DNA of 63,353 bases, the filler included. It is 6 parts of 6 records of this genome, joined end to end, with 100 filler letters (N's around TTAATTAATTAA, not from the genome) between each part and the next. Parts side by side here need not be neighbours in the genome. Positions count along the whole stretch, not along the records: positions 39,793 to 56,190 come from SRR20825010_3250; positions 56,291 to 63,353 come from SRR20825010_3259; 4 more parts are not named here. The stretch is one strand, 5' to 3'. Below are positions 51,346 to 61,759 of this stretch, in pieces. Below the pieces are notes generated by a model. The model did not search any database and had not been told where the DNA came from. It was given only the letters and a program-made list of their open reading frames with translations. The translations under genes and the position numbers were made by a program. How positions within the stretch are numbered: position 1 is the first letter of the stretch; every line of letters begins with the position of its first letter.

Positions 51346-52850
51346 ATGGCAGTTGCCACGTGTTTTTTCTGAACATCGATTGATGTGTCCAGGTCTGCCA
51401 GGGTGCGCGCAACACGGCAAACGCGGTGCAGTGCGCGCGCTGACAGGTGGTTCTTTTGCGCATAAAGCAGCAACAGTTTTTCCGCGCTGTGTTCGGGTTT
51501 TGCGTGCATGCTGATTTGGCCCGGGGTCATTTCGCCATTCAGGCAGCCTTGCCGATCCAGTTGAATGCCGCGCGCCTTCTCAACTTGCGCCAGCAATGTG
51601 GCGCTGTTCGGGCTGTCGTTGGGTTGGGCCGAATCGTTTTGCAGCAGCGCAGCATGTTCCACTGGTTGAACGTCAATTGAAATGTCCAGCCGATCAGCCA
51701 GCGGGCCCGACAGCTTGCCCTGATAGCGGCGCACTTGTTCCGGCGTGCAGCGGCATTCCCGCGCCGGGTGGCCAAGCCAGCCGCATGGGCAGGGATTGTG
51801 TGCACAAACCCACAAAAACCGTGCCGGGAAGCTGGCCTGGTGGCCTGACCGTGAAATGTTCACGCGGCCCGTTTCCAGTGGTTCGCGCAACGATTCCAGG
51901 CATCGCCGATCAAATTCAAGCACCTCGTCTGTGAACAGAACCCCCTGATGCGCCAGCGTGATCTCGCCCGGCGAGGGCGGGTTGCCTCCGCCTATCAAGG
52001 CTGCCATCGAACTGCTGGGGTGGGGGTTGCGAAACGGGCGCGCCTGGCTGAACTGGTCGCTTTCGCCCTTCAGGCTGCGAATGGCAGAAATATCAAGCGA
52101 GTCCTCAAACGGAAGGGCGGGTAGCAAGCCCCCCACGCGCTGGGCCAACATGGATTTTCCGCTGCCGGGCGGCCCCACAAGGCGAATGTGGTGTTGCCCC
52201 GCTGCTGCCGCCAGCAAGGCGTGTTTGGCTGTTTGATGACCAATAACCTCGGCCATGTCGAACAGGTGTGGCGTGTGTGTGCATGTAATGCGGCCCACAG
52301 CCTGTTGTGCCAGCGGCTCGCCATGCCCAACCAGGTGGGCCGCCGCCTCAAACAAACTGCTGGCACCAAACACGGCAATGTCAGGCACCGTGGCTGCCAG
52401 TGCAGCTTGCGCTTTTGGCATCATCAGTTTCAAAGGACGTTTGCCTTGGCGGGCTTCTTTGCGGGCGGCCACGGCCAGTGCAAAAGGGCTTCTAACGCCG
52501 GTCAGTGCGCCAGAAAGTGAAAGCTCCCCGGCGAACACCCAGTTCTCCAGTTCGGCTTTGGCCAGTTGGCCCGATGCTGCGGCAATGCCCAAGGCAACCG
52601 CCAGGTCGAATGCGGCACTGCCTTTGGGCAGGTCAGCGGGGGCCAGGTTCACAGTAATTCGTTGCGTTGGAAATTCAAAGCCACTGTTGAGCAGGGCCGA
52701 GCGCACGCGCTCTTTGGATTCCCGAATTTCGGTGTCGGGCAAGCCCACCAGCGCAAACGATGGCAAACCTGCCGACAAGTGCACTTCAATTTGAACGGGA
52801 ACAGGGCGAACGCCCACGAATGTGAGGCTGTGCAGGGTGGCTAAAGGCAT
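51312..52850 (-). CDS. comM: YifB/ComM Mg-chelatase-like AAA+ ATPase
   Basis: VGLPD..IRESKERVRSA, NLAPADLPK, GPPGSGKSML, PGEITLAHQGVLF and NPCPCG. Confidence 0.93.
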   Translation of the reverse strand: MPLATLHSLTFVGVRPVPVQIEVHLSAGLPSFALVGLPDTEIRESKERVRSALLNSGFEFPTQRITVNLAPADLPKGSAAFDLAVALGIAAASGQLAKAELENWVFAGELSLSGALTGVRSPFALAVAARKEARQGKRPLKLMMPKAQAALAATVPDIAVFGASSLFEAAAHLVGHGEPLAQQAVGRITCTHTPHLFDMAEVIGHQTAKHALLAAAAGQHHIRLVGPPGSGKSMLAQRVGGLLPALPFEDSLDISAIRSLKGESDQFSQARPFRNPHPSSSMAALIGGGNPPSPGEITLAHQGVLFTDEVLEFDRRCLESLREPLETGRVNISRSGHQASFPARFLWVCAHNPCPCGWLGHPARECRCTPEQVRRYQGKLSGPLADRLDISIDVQPVEHAALLQNDSAQPNDSPNSATLLAQVEKARGIQLDRQGCLNGEMTPGQISMHAKPEHSAEKLLLLYAQKNHLSARALHRVCRVARTLADLDTSIDVQKKHVATAIQYRKSLSEIK

Positions 52851-52960
52851 GGGGGGTGCTGGGCGCTTAAACCCGAACGATTATCCCCAATCTTGCCGTT
52901 TGGGCAAACGGGTGCTTCGGTCTGCGTCACCCGGAGGGTGATTCATTGCCGGTTGATTGA

Positions 52961-53191
52961 TCAGGTGCGTTTTTCAAGTTCGGCCACGCGCAATTCCAGT
53001 GCATGCACCTTTTCGCGCAATCGGTTCAGCACCTCGCGCTGAATCTCGAAATCTTCAAGGCTGACAAACTCCATGTCTTGCAAACCTTGCCGAATCAGTT
53101 GTGTGATTGGGTTTTCAAGATTTTGCAGCCCTTTTGCATTCAGCATTTCGCTGACTTTTGCCTGAATGGATTCAAATGGATTGTCTGCCAA
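52961..53191 (-). CDS. ubiK: UbiK/YqiC-like accessory factor
   Basis: VSLEDFEIQREVL.RLREKVHALELRVAELE; usual position between glnK and comM. Confidence 0.8.
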   Translation of the reverse strand: MADNPFESIQAKVSEMLNAKGLQNLENPITQLIRQGLQDMEFVSLEDFEIQREVLNRLREKVHALELRVAELEKRT

Positions 53192-53218
53192 AGTTTCCCC
53201 CGGTGTGGTGATTCGATG

Positions 53219-53248
53219 TGCACCAAATCAGTGCACCAATATGGTGCG
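53219..53248. promoter_or_regulatory. Two overlapping NtrC-binding sites
   Basis: TGCACCAAATCAGTGCA and TGCACCAATATGGTGCG versus consensus TGCACC-N5-GGTGCA. Confidence 0.85.
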
Positions 53249-53330
53249 CACATCGAAAATTCAAAAAAACGAGTGGCTATTGTGCCCGAAAAAGGGGGAT
53301 TTATCGCGAAATTACTGACGGGTACGCCGC

Positions 53331-53346
53331 TGGCACACTTCTCGCT
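53331..53346 (+). promoter_or_regulatory. Sigma54 -24/-12 promoter
   Basis: TGGCAC-ACTTC-TCGCT with GG and GC at the canonical spacing. Confidence 0.8.
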
Positions 53347-53401
53347 AATAGACCCTTGCCAAAAAAACTTTACGGCATTCATCTATTTTCAGGAGAGTGA
53401 G

Positions 53402-54163
53402 ATGAAAAAATTAGTACTGGTAACTGCAATCGCTGCATGTACCTTCGGGGCTGTTTCAACTGCACAGGCAGACGTAACTACTACGGCCAACGCAAACATC
53501 ACGACCGATTATAAATTCCGTGGCATTTCCCAAACCAACGCTGGTCCAGCCTTCCAAGGTGGCTTTGATGCAGCGTTCAGCAACGGTTTTTATGTAGGCA
53601 ACTGGAACTCCAACATCAACAACCTGGGTGCTGGCAGTTCTGGTCTGGAAATGGACTTTTATGGTGGCTACGCCGGTGAATTCAGCGGCATTGGTTACGA
53701 TGTAGGTGCTTTGTACTACTTCTATGAAGGCTACAACCAGGGCACCGGCCCTGATGCAGACACTCTGGAAATTTACGGCAAGTTGTCCTATGCCGGTGCT
53801 TACGCCAAGCTGTCTGTTGCAGCATCTGACGACTATTTCGCGTTTACCGCAGCCAATGGTTCAACCGATCAGGGCGGCTCTACCTACCTTGATCTGGGCT
53901 ATACCTTCCCTTTGTCCGAACAGTTGTCTTTGACCGCTCACTATGGTTTGACCACTTTCGACAAAGACATGGCCAACCTGCGCGCAGGAACAGGCACCAT
54001 CGATTCCTATGCTGATTACAGCATTGGTGCGACTTACGCCATCAGCCCAAAGTATTCAGTAACTGCTGCATACATTGAAACGGATGACGACGCGCAAGCC
54101 TTGATCAACAATGACGACCTGACTGACGGTTCACTTGTTTTGACCTTTAGCGCCAAGTTCTAA
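53402..54163 (+). CDS. TorF/Gcw_chp (TIGR02001) putative porin
   Basis: Signal peptide; TDYKFRGISQT..GPAFQGGFD; EMDFYGGY; C-terminal Phe. Confidence 0.88.
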   Translation: MKKLVLVTAIAACTFGAVSTAQADVTTTANANITTDYKFRGISQTNAGPAFQGGFDAAFSNGFYVGNWNSNINNLGAGSSGLEMDFYGGYAGEFSGIGYDVGALYYFYEGYNQGTGPDADTLEIYGKLSYAGAYAKLSVAASDDYFAFTAANGSTDQGGSTYLDLGYTFPLSEQLSLTAHYGLTTFDKDMANLRAGTGTIDSYADYSIGATYAISPKYSVTAAYIETDDDAQALINNDDLTDGSLVLTFSAKF

Positions 54164-54174
54164 ATTGAATCCAG

Positions 54175-54573
<399 letters not shown>

Positions 54574-54594
54574 CCAGAGAGAAGTGAGGAAATC

Positions 54595-56040
54595 ATGAGA
54601 AAACTTCTGACGATCTGGCTGGCGGCAGCTGCACTGGGTTTCAGTGTTGCAAGCCCTGGTGTGTATGCGCAAGAAACCCCGACAGCGCCTGCCACTGAAG
54701 CCACCGAGACTATCGCCGCCCCGGCTTCCGACGCAACTCCTGCGGCTGAAGCACCTGTGGCTGCTGAAGCAGCGCCTGCTGAAGAAGCTGCACCCGCTGT
54801 TAAACAAACGGTGGACAAAGGCGACACCACCTGGATGATGGTTGCCACTATTTTGGTCATCTTCATGACCATTCCCGGCCTGGCCCTGTTCTACGGCGGC
54901 CTGGTTCGTGCCAAGAACATGTTGTCCGTACTAATGCAGGTTATGTCTGTGTTTTGCCTGATTGTGGTGTTGTGGGCCATTTATGGCTACAGCCTGACTT
55001 TCGGCGGTGGTGACAACCCATTCGTGGGCAACTTCAGCAAACTCTTCTTGAGCGGTGTAACGCCAGATTCCCTGTCGGCCACCTTCACTGAAGGCGTGAT
55101 GATTCCCGAATTCATTTTCATTGCATTCCAGTCCACATTCGCAGCCATCACTTGTGCGCTGATCGTGGGCGCATTCGCCGAGCGCATCAAGTTCTCAGCG
55201 GTGCTGCTGTTCTGCGCAATCTGGTTCACCTTCAGCTACATCCCGATCGCACACATGGTGTGGGACGCGGCTGGTTTCATCTTCGCTGACGGCGCAATCG
55301 ACTTCGCTGGCGGTACTGTGGTTCACATCAACGCTGCTGTAGCAGGTTTGGTGGGTGCGTACATGATTGGCAAGCGTATTGGTTACGGCAAGGAAGCCAT
55401 GACACCACACAGCCTGACACTGACCATGGTTGGTGCATCCATGCTGTGGGTAGGCTGGTTCGGCTTCAACGCAGGTTCAAACCTGGAAGCCAACGGCGGT
55501 ACAACACTGGCCTTCATCAACACCTTGTTGGCCACAGCAGCTGCTACATTGAGCTGGGCCGGTGCGGAAGCCCTGGTTAAAGGCAAGGCCTCCATGCTGG
55601 GTGCGGCTTCTGGCGCAGTGGGTGGTTTGGTTGCCATTACACCGGCTTGCGGCACGATCGGCCCAATGGGCGCCCTGATCCTTGGTTTGATGGCTGGTCC
55701 ATTGTGCCTGTGGGGTGTAACCGGCCTGAAGAAAATGCTGGGTGCAGACGATGCGCTTGACGTATTCGGTGTGCACGGCGTGGGCGGTATCCTGGGTGCA
55801 TTGATGGTGGGTGTGTTGTCTGCACCAACCCTGGGCGGCACCATGGGCGACGACTTCGTGATTGCTTCCCAGCTGGCTGTACAAGCCAAGGGCGTGATCA
55901 TCACCATCGTGTGGTCCGGCGTTGTTGCAGCAATCGCTTTCAAACTGGTTGACCTGATCGTTGGCTTGCGTGTTCCTGAAGATGCAGAGCGCGAAGGCCT
56001 GGACATCACCTCACACGGTGAAACAGCCTACAGCAAGTAA
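54595..56040 (+). CDS. amtB: Ammonium transporter
   Basis: PGLALFYGGLVR, DFAGGTVVH, GWFGFNAGS and DVFGVHG; signal peptide followed by an Ala/Pro/Glu-rich linker. Confidence 0.97.
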   Translation: MRKLLTIWLAAAALGFSVASPGVYAQETPTAPATEATETIAAPASDATPAAEAPVAAEAAPAEEAAPAVKQTVDKGDTTWMMVATILVIFMTIPGLALFYGGLVRAKNMLSVLMQVMSVFCLIVVLWAIYGYSLTFGGGDNPFVGNFSKLFLSGVTPDSLSATFTEGVMIPEFIFIAFQSTFAAITCALIVGAFAERIKFSAVLLFCAIWFTFSYIPIAHMVWDAAGFIFADGAIDFAGGTVVHINAAVAGLVGAYMIGKRIGYGKEAMTPHSLTLTMVGASMLWVGWFGFNAGSNLEANGGTTLAFINTLLATAAATLSWAGAEALVKGKASMLGAASGAVGGLVAITPACGTIGPMGALILGLMAGPLCLWGVTGLKKMLGADDALDVFGVHGVGGILGALMVGVLSAPTLGGTMGDDFVIASQLAVQAKGVIITIVWSGVVAAIAFKLVDLIVGLRVPEDAEREGLDITSHGETAYSK

Positions 56041-56095
56041 TGTGAACACTCTCCACTTAGGTGGAATCCTTCAGCCCGGGTTAAAGGGCTGATTC

Positions 56096-56120
56096 AAAGG
56101 CACCTTCGGGTGCCTTTTTT
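56096..56120 (+). terminator. Intrinsic terminator after amtB
   Basis: AAAGGCACC-TTCG-GGTGCCTTT-TTT. Confidence 0.92.
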
Positions 56121-56190
56121 GCTGCCTTCAATCCGTTTCTTTGACTTGCTGTTCGCGGAAGAGAAGTGCGCGGTGCCTGTTAAGTTCGCT

Positions 56191-56290
56191 NNNNNNNNNN
56201 NNNNNNNNNNNNNNNNNNNNNNNNNNNNNNNNNNTTAATTAATTAANNNNNNNNNNNNNNNNNNNNNNNNNNNNNNNNNNNNNNNNNNNN
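56191..56290. other. Artificial contig spacer
   Basis: N44-TTAATTAATTAA-N44. Confidence 0.99.
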
Positions 56291-56291
56291 C

Positions 56292-58151
56292 GTGACCTTC
56301 ACCAACAAGGCCGCGCGCGAAATGAAAGAACGTGTCGGACGCCTGGTGGATCGCAAACTGACCCGGGGATTGATTGTTTCCACCTTCCATAACCTCGGGC
56401 TGAACATGATCCGCGAGGAGCACGAGCACCTGGGCTATCACCCCGGTTTTTCGATCTTCGATGCGGAAGACGCCAAGGCCCTGCTGCAGGACCTGATGAT
56501 GCGCGAGGCCAGCGCGGATGCCGGCGATGAACTGTCTGACGTGCAGATGACCATCTCGTCCTGGAAGAATGCCATGCGCAGCCCCCAGGACGCCTGGAGC
56601 CGGGCCGCTGATGAGCGGGAGCAGCGTATTGCCATCATTTACCGCCACTACAACGAATACCTGAAGGCCTATAACGCGGTGGATTTCGATGATCTGATCC
56701 TGCTGCCGGTACAGCTGTTCCGCGACAACCCCGAGGTGTTGCAGAAATGGCGGCGAAAAATCCGCTACATGCTGGTGGACGAATACCAGGACACCAACCT
56801 GTGCCAGTACGAACTGGTCAAGCTGTTGGTGGCAGAACGGGCCGCCTTTACCGTCGTTGGTGATGACGACCAGTCGATCTACGCCTGGCGCGGCGCCCGA
56901 CCTGAAAACCTTGCTCAGCTCAAGGAAGACTTCCCAAGCCTCAAAATCGTCAAGCTGGAGCAGAACTACCGTTCCACGGTTCGCATCCTTCGTTGTGCCA
57001 ACACGGTCATTGCCAATAATCCCCACGTGTTCGAGAAAGCCCTGTGGAGTGATCATACGGTCGGGGACGAGCTAAGAATCGTCCGCTGCCGCAGCGAAGA
57101 CGCGGAAGCCGAACGGGTGGCCACGGAAATTCTCGACCAGAAACTCAAGAAAGGCCTGGCTTTCCGGGACTTCGCCGTTCTCTATCGGGGCAACCACCAG
57201 GCACGGCTGCTGGAAATGAAACTGCAGGCTTACCAGATCCCCTATCACATCTCCGGTGGCCAGTCGTTTTTCTCCAAGAACGAGATCAAGGACGCCATGT
57301 CCTATCTGCGTCTGTTGGTGAACCCGGATGACGACGCGGCATTCCTGCGCGTCGTGAACGTGCCCCGCCGGGAGATCGGCCCCCGCACGCTGGAACAGCT
57401 CAGCCATTACGCCCGCTCCCGCAACGTCAGCCTGTTTCGTGCCCTGGGCGATATGGGTGCCGAAACCCACGTTACCGAGAAGGGGCTGGACCGTCTGCGG
57501 CGCTTCGCTCACTGGGTGGACAACACCTGCGAGCGCCTGCACAGCGAAGATCCGATTCCGGTGATCAAGCAGTTGTTCACCGATATCGAATACGAGGAAT
57601 GGCTGCACCTGCATTCCGGCTCGCCAAAACAGGCGGAACGGCGAATGGAGAACATCTGGTATCTGGTGGAGTCCATCCAGCGCATGCTGGACGACGGCAA
57701 GGGTACGGCCGACGAAATGGGCATTGAAGACGCCATCAGCCGGCTAATCCTGCGCGACATGATGGAGCAGCGCGAAGAAGAGGACGACAGCGACAAGGTC
57801 CAGCTACTGACCCTCCACGCCTCAAAAGGCCTGGAATTCCCCCACGTGTTCATCATGGGTCTGGAAGAGGAAATACTGCCCCACCGCTCCAGCATTGAGG
57901 AAGGCAATGTCGAGGAAGAACGGCGACTGATGTACGTGGGTATCACCCGAGCCCGGGAAACCCTGACCCTTACGTTTGCCGCCCAGCGAAAACAGTACGG
58001 CGAAAAGCTGGAAACTATTCCAAGCCGGTTTCTTGATGAGCTGCCCGAGGACGACCTGAGATGGGAAGGCACCGGCGACCTGGACGTGGAAGCCAACCAG
58101 CAAAAAGGTAAGGCCACCCTCAGTGCATTACTCGGCGACCTCGGAAGCTGA
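56292..58151 (+). CDS. rep: ATP-dependent DNA helicase Rep (5' end cut by contig edge)
   Basis: TFTNKAAREMKER, VDEYQDTN, GDDDQSIY, LYRGNHQ, TLHASKGLEF and EERRLMYVGITRA. Confidence 0.95.
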   Translation: MTFTNKAAREMKERVGRLVDRKLTRGLIVSTFHNLGLNMIREEHEHLGYHPGFSIFDAEDAKALLQDLMMREASADAGDELSDVQMTISSWKNAMRSPQDAWSRAADEREQRIAIIYRHYNEYLKAYNAVDFDDLILLPVQLFRDNPEVLQKWRRKIRYMLVDEYQDTNLCQYELVKLLVAERAAFTVVGDDDQSIYAWRGARPENLAQLKEDFPSLKIVKLEQNYRSTVRILRCANTVIANNPHVFEKALWSDHTVGDELRIVRCRSEDAEAERVATEILDQKLKKGLAFRDFAVLYRGNHQARLLEMKLQAYQIPYHISGGQSFFSKNEIKDAMSYLRLLVNPDDDAAFLRVVNVPRREIGPRTLEQLSHYARSRNVSLFRALGDMGAETHVTEKGLDRLRRFAHWVDNTCERLHSEDPIPVIKQLFTDIEYEEWLHLHSGSPKQAERRMENIWYLVESIQRMLDDGKGTADEMGIEDAISRLILRDMMEQREEEDDSDKVQLLTLHASKGLEFPHVFIMGLEEEILPHRSSIEEGNVEEERRLMYVGITRARETLTLTFAAQRKQYGEKLETIPSRFLDELPEDDLRWEGTGDLDVEANQQKGKATLSALLGDLGS

Positions 58152-58174
58152 ATTTCACGTTTTTTCACAATCCC

Positions 58175-58202
58175 TGCAACCTTATGACCTCCTGATCCGT
58201 AA
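58175..58202 (+). promoter_or_regulatory. Candidate ECF-type promoter
   Basis: TGCAAC-N17-CGTAA about 55 nt upstream of the oxidase ATG. Confidence 0.45.
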
Positions 58203-58256
58203 CAGCCTAGGGAGCTTTGCTTCCGGCAAACACAAAAACAAGATCAGGAGAACACC

Positions 58257-60521
58257 ATGTCCCGTCGATTCAATCGATTATCAAGCGTCACCGGTTCGCT
58301 GATTCTGCTCATCGCAGGATCAGGCACAGCCAACGCGGGCCTTCTCGGCAGCCTGCTGGGCGGCTCATCCGAGGACTCAACGACCCAGACTGAGGAACCG
58401 GCAGCTCCTGACAGTTACAACAGCAAGGGCACGTTCAGTGAGCCCTTTGCGGAACCCACCATTATTGTGGATGGTGAAGCTGTCGAAACGGACGAAAAAT
58501 GCATTACCCGGGCTGATGGCATGGATGAGTGCAAACCCGCGGCCGGCACCATGGCACTTCTCAAAGACGGTCGCCTGCTTTACCTGAACGCCCTGGAAGG
58601 CACTGAGAACGTTGAGTTATCCATTGTTGCGGAATTTGGCGAAGTGTCCGTCAACGATCAGACCCGCGTTCTGTCGCTGGATGAAAACGACAATCCATCC
58701 TGGATCAAACCCTCTCCCCTGGACGCCGGCGCCAACCCGGATGGCAACGACAGTGAAACACTGCTGAATGGCACCGAGCTGGATGGCCTGCTCGATACCG
58801 CCGACAACACCAGCGCCAACGACGGCGCCCTGTTCTGCTCCGACGTCATCGGCCTGGCCAACGGTGATGTGATGGCCGTTGGCGGCACCGACTACTATTC
58901 CGAGCCAGGCATTGATGGCCTGCCTCTTGGGGTGGCGGAACTGGAAGGTATCAAGAATTCGAGAATATTCGACGAGGAGACCAACACCTGGCGCCAAAGT
59001 GGCGATATGACCTACGGGCGCTGGTATCCATCACTCGTAACCATGGGCAACGGCAACGTCTTCGTCGCCAGTGGTGTCACCAAGCTGCTGAAGCCAGTGT
59101 ACCCGGATGAGCCACTGAACAGCGGACGCAACGTGGTGCAAACGGAGACCTACGACCCCTGCGCCGGCGCTTGGACGCAGAATCCGTCCACCGCTGATCG
59201 CTCCTTACCGCTCTATCCACGCATGCATCTGCTGCCGAATGGACACATCTTCTACAACGCTGGTGGCCAGGCCTTCAACCCATTCGGCCAGGGTTACGAC
59301 CAGGCATTGTGGAACATTGTCGCCAGTTTCAACCCAGATACCCAGCGCTGGAACGACATTGGCTATGCCGGCCTCCCACTAAGGCTGGATGAAGCCGGGC
59401 TGGGTCAGTTGAGCAGCACCCTGAACATCACCAACCTGTCGCTTGATCAGGTCGGCTCACTGCTTGGCGATGTTCTCGACTCGCCCACGGATTTGCTGAC
59501 CAGCGCAGCCGATCTTGGGGTATCTGAAGAAGATCTGCGCATGGCGATCGCCGGTGGTATGCGGGGCTCCACGTCGTCCACCATGTTGCCGCTGAAACCA
59601 GACGCCAGCGGTAACTACAATGAAGTGGAACTGCTGACCGCGGGCGGCGTACCCAGTTATGCAGTACTGACGAACCCCGGCGGCTACCTGCCCACCGACC
59701 AGACCCGCATCGATACTGTCACCACCAACGGCGACGAAATCGGCTACGAGTCGCGTTTGGCCGGCCCACTGAATCAGCCTCGCTGGTACGGCACAAACGT
59801 TGTGATGCCCGACGGCACCGTGATGGTGTTCAGCGGCGGCAATCGTGACGGTGTGGTAGCGCCCGGCCTGGAAGGCCCGATCCGCACCGCCGAGCAGTTC
59901 AACCCGGAAACCGGAGAATGGACGGAAATGGCTACCGGCCACCGCGCCCGCACCTACCACAACACTGCGGTACTGATGGAGGACGGCCGCGTTATGGTTG
60001 CCGGCCACTCACCAATCAACACCGCTTACCTGACATTCGTGGATCTTCAGGATTTCGGACTCGCACCCTATGACGGCCGCGATCCGAGTTTCGAAATCTA
60101 CACTCCGCCCTACGCCATGCGGGACGACCGCCCCAAAATTAAAAGTGCACCCAGCAATCTGACCATTGGCGACCGATTCAACATCAAGGTCGACCAGGTG
60201 GATCAGATCGACAAGGCCCTGCTGATTCGCCGTACAGTCATGACCCACGTCATTGACGGTGACCAGCGTGCCATTGAACTGGTCATGGAGCGGGGCCCTG
60301 GCAACAAGCTGACTCTGACCATGCCCGACAACCACAACGTGGTGCCCGCCGGCGAATACATGCTGTTCGTCAGCAAGGACACCCCAGATGGCCGCGTACC
60401 CTCGGTGTCCGCGCCGATCACCGTGGTGAATGAGAATCTCGCCTGCATGGCGCCCACGCAGGTGGCCAGCGATACCACCACCAGCGGTGGCATCATTGAG
60501 TCAACCCTCGAGCTGCTGTGA
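58257..60521 (+). CDS. Secreted galactose/glyoxal oxidase-like copper radical oxidase (AA5-like) with Kelch repeats and C-terminal Ig-like domain
   Basis: Signal peptide; LFCS (Cys), RWYP (Tyr), RTYHN (Tyr-His) and MTH (His) ligands; PP.A and PAGEYMLF. Confidence 0.88.
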   Translation: MSRRFNRLSSVTGSLILLIAGSGTANAGLLGSLLGGSSEDSTTQTEEPAAPDSYNSKGTFSEPFAEPTIIVDGEAVETDEKCITRADGMDECKPAAGTMALLKDGRLLYLNALEGTENVELSIVAEFGEVSVNDQTRVLSLDENDNPSWIKPSPLDAGANPDGNDSETLLNGTELDGLLDTADNTSANDGALFCSDVIGLANGDVMAVGGTDYYSEPGIDGLPLGVAELEGIKNSRIFDEETNTWRQSGDMTYGRWYPSLVTMGNGNVFVASGVTKLLKPVYPDEPLNSGRNVVQTETYDPCAGAWTQNPSTADRSLPLYPRMHLLPNGHIFYNAGGQAFNPFGQGYDQALWNIVASFNPDTQRWNDIGYAGLPLRLDEAGLGQLSSTLNITNLSLDQVGSLLGDVLDSPTDLLTSAADLGVSEEDLRMAIAGGMRGSTSSTMLPLKPDASGNYNEVELLTAGGVPSYAVLTNPGGYLPTDQTRIDTVTTNGDEIGYESRLAGPLNQPRWYGTNVVMPDGTVMVFSGGNRDGVVAPGLEGPIRTAEQFNPETGEWTEMATGHRARTYHNTAVLMEDGRVMVAGHSPINTAYLTFVDLQDFGLAPYDGRDPSFEIYTPPYAMRDDRPKIKSAPSNLTIGDRFNIKVDQVDQIDKALLIRRTVMTHVIDGDQRAIELVMERGPGNKLTLTMPDNHNVVPAGEYMLFVSKDTPDGRVPSVSAPITVVNENLACMAPTQVASDTTTSGGIIESTLELL

Positions 60522-60538
60522 CCGTCAGGAGGATTGTT

Positions 60539-61069
60539 ATGAAACACATCGAACAGATCGGGGCTCGCCTGGCGGCCCCGGTGTTGTTCGGCCTGGTGTC
60601 CCTGTCAGCCTCCGGGCTGGCAGGGGCCCACGGTGCACTGGAGACAGAGGACGTTCCGGACGGCATCGTAAAGGCTCGAATAGCCCATCAACCCGACATT
60701 CCCGGACTCAGTGCAATCATTCTGGATGCACCGCGCCCGGGCATATTGCTTCGATATCAAGGTGAAGAACCTCTGACCGTATTGGGCACGGACGGGGAGG
60801 CGTTTATACGATTTACCCGAACCGAAGTCACCGTTAATACGGAGAGCCCCAGCTGGAAAGCGCTACCAAACCAGTCGGCGGAAACGAGCCAGACGTCCTG
60901 GGTGACAATGTCTCAATCCGGCGCTTTTGGCTGGCTGGACTCCCGGCTCAATGTTCTGCATGACAGCAACAGCGCAGATGGGCCAAAAACCTGGTCAATT
61001 GCAGTGACAACGCCCAAAAACGGCACTGAGCGAATCGAAGGGCAACTGACCTATATGCCCATTCACTAA
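60539..61069 (+). CDS. Secreted hypothetical protein; predicted mature N-terminus begins with His
   Basis: SD AGGAGG; signal ...SASGLAGA|HG; starts 17 nt after the oxidase stop. Confidence 0.8.
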   Translation: MKHIEQIGARLAAPVLFGLVSLSASGLAGAHGALETEDVPDGIVKARIAHQPDIPGLSAIILDAPRPGILLRYQGEEPLTVLGTDGEAFIRFTRTEVTVNTESPSWKALPNQSAETSQTSWVTMSQSGAFGWLDSRLNVLHDSNSADGPKTWSIAVTTPKNGTERIEGQLTYMPIH

Positions 61070-61093
61070 CGGGTGAACATTCCGCTAACCAAT

Positions 61094-61123
61094 AAAAAGC
61101 CCCCGTAATATCGGGGGCTTTTT
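61094..61123. terminator. Bidirectional intrinsic terminator
   Basis: AAAAAGCCCCCG-taatat-CGGGGGCTTTTT. Confidence 0.92.
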
Positions 61124-61150
61124 GATCTACCGTGGGCCGGAATACAGTTG

Positions 61151-61567
61151 CTACTGGCTGGCCTCAACCATGTGCTCGACGGCGCTCTCGATTTCCTCAT
61201 CAGAGCACCCGGAACAACCGCCCTTGGCCGGCATGGCATTGAAGCCGTTGATTGCGTGATTGACCAATGTGTCCAGTCCTTTTTCAATACGGGGTGACCA
61301 TGCGGCTGTGTCGCCCTTCTTGGGAGCGCCTGCCGCGCCAGTGCTGTGGCAAGCGGTACAGGCTGCATCGTAAACGTCACTTCCAGAACGAGGGCCCGAG
61401 CTTGCGCTTGCAGATGGAGCAGCTGCCTGCCCACAGTCTTCACCCTGGACGCACACCTCACCAACCGGGGCAATGCGAGCACGAATTTCATCTTCAACAT
61501 TGGCCATTACGGCACCTGCGGTCAGGCCGAAACCAAGCAATACGGCAGCCAGGACTCTCTTCATCAT
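61151..61567 (-). CDS. Cytochrome c5
   Basis: Signal peptide; RIAPVGEVC; CTACH heme motif; GFNAMPAKGGCSGCSD. Confidence 0.93.
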   Translation of the reverse strand: MMKRVLAAVLLGFGLTAGAVMANVEDEIRARIAPVGEVCVQGEDCGQAAAPSASASSGPRSGSDVYDAACTACHSTGAAGAPKKGDTAAWSPRIEKGLDTLVNHAINGFNAMPAKGGCSGCSDEEIESAVEHMVEASQ

Positions 61568-61759
61568 CACAATGCACCTCACAATTGGGCGTTATAATCG
61601 TTAGTGCACGCATTATAGCGACTGCGGCAGGCCAAAAAAACCAAACTGCAAAATGAACCCCAGATTTCAATCAATTTTCGTTGCCATTTCGTAAGTCAGA
61701 GGGCTCCGGAAGCACTTTCCGGGTACCATGCACCAAACAGATACCGAAGGTTCGAATGT

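Noticed and set aside
54670-54800. Repetitive GCC/GCT/GAA-rich DNA
   Set aside because: Explained by the Ala/Pro/Glu linker of AmtB.
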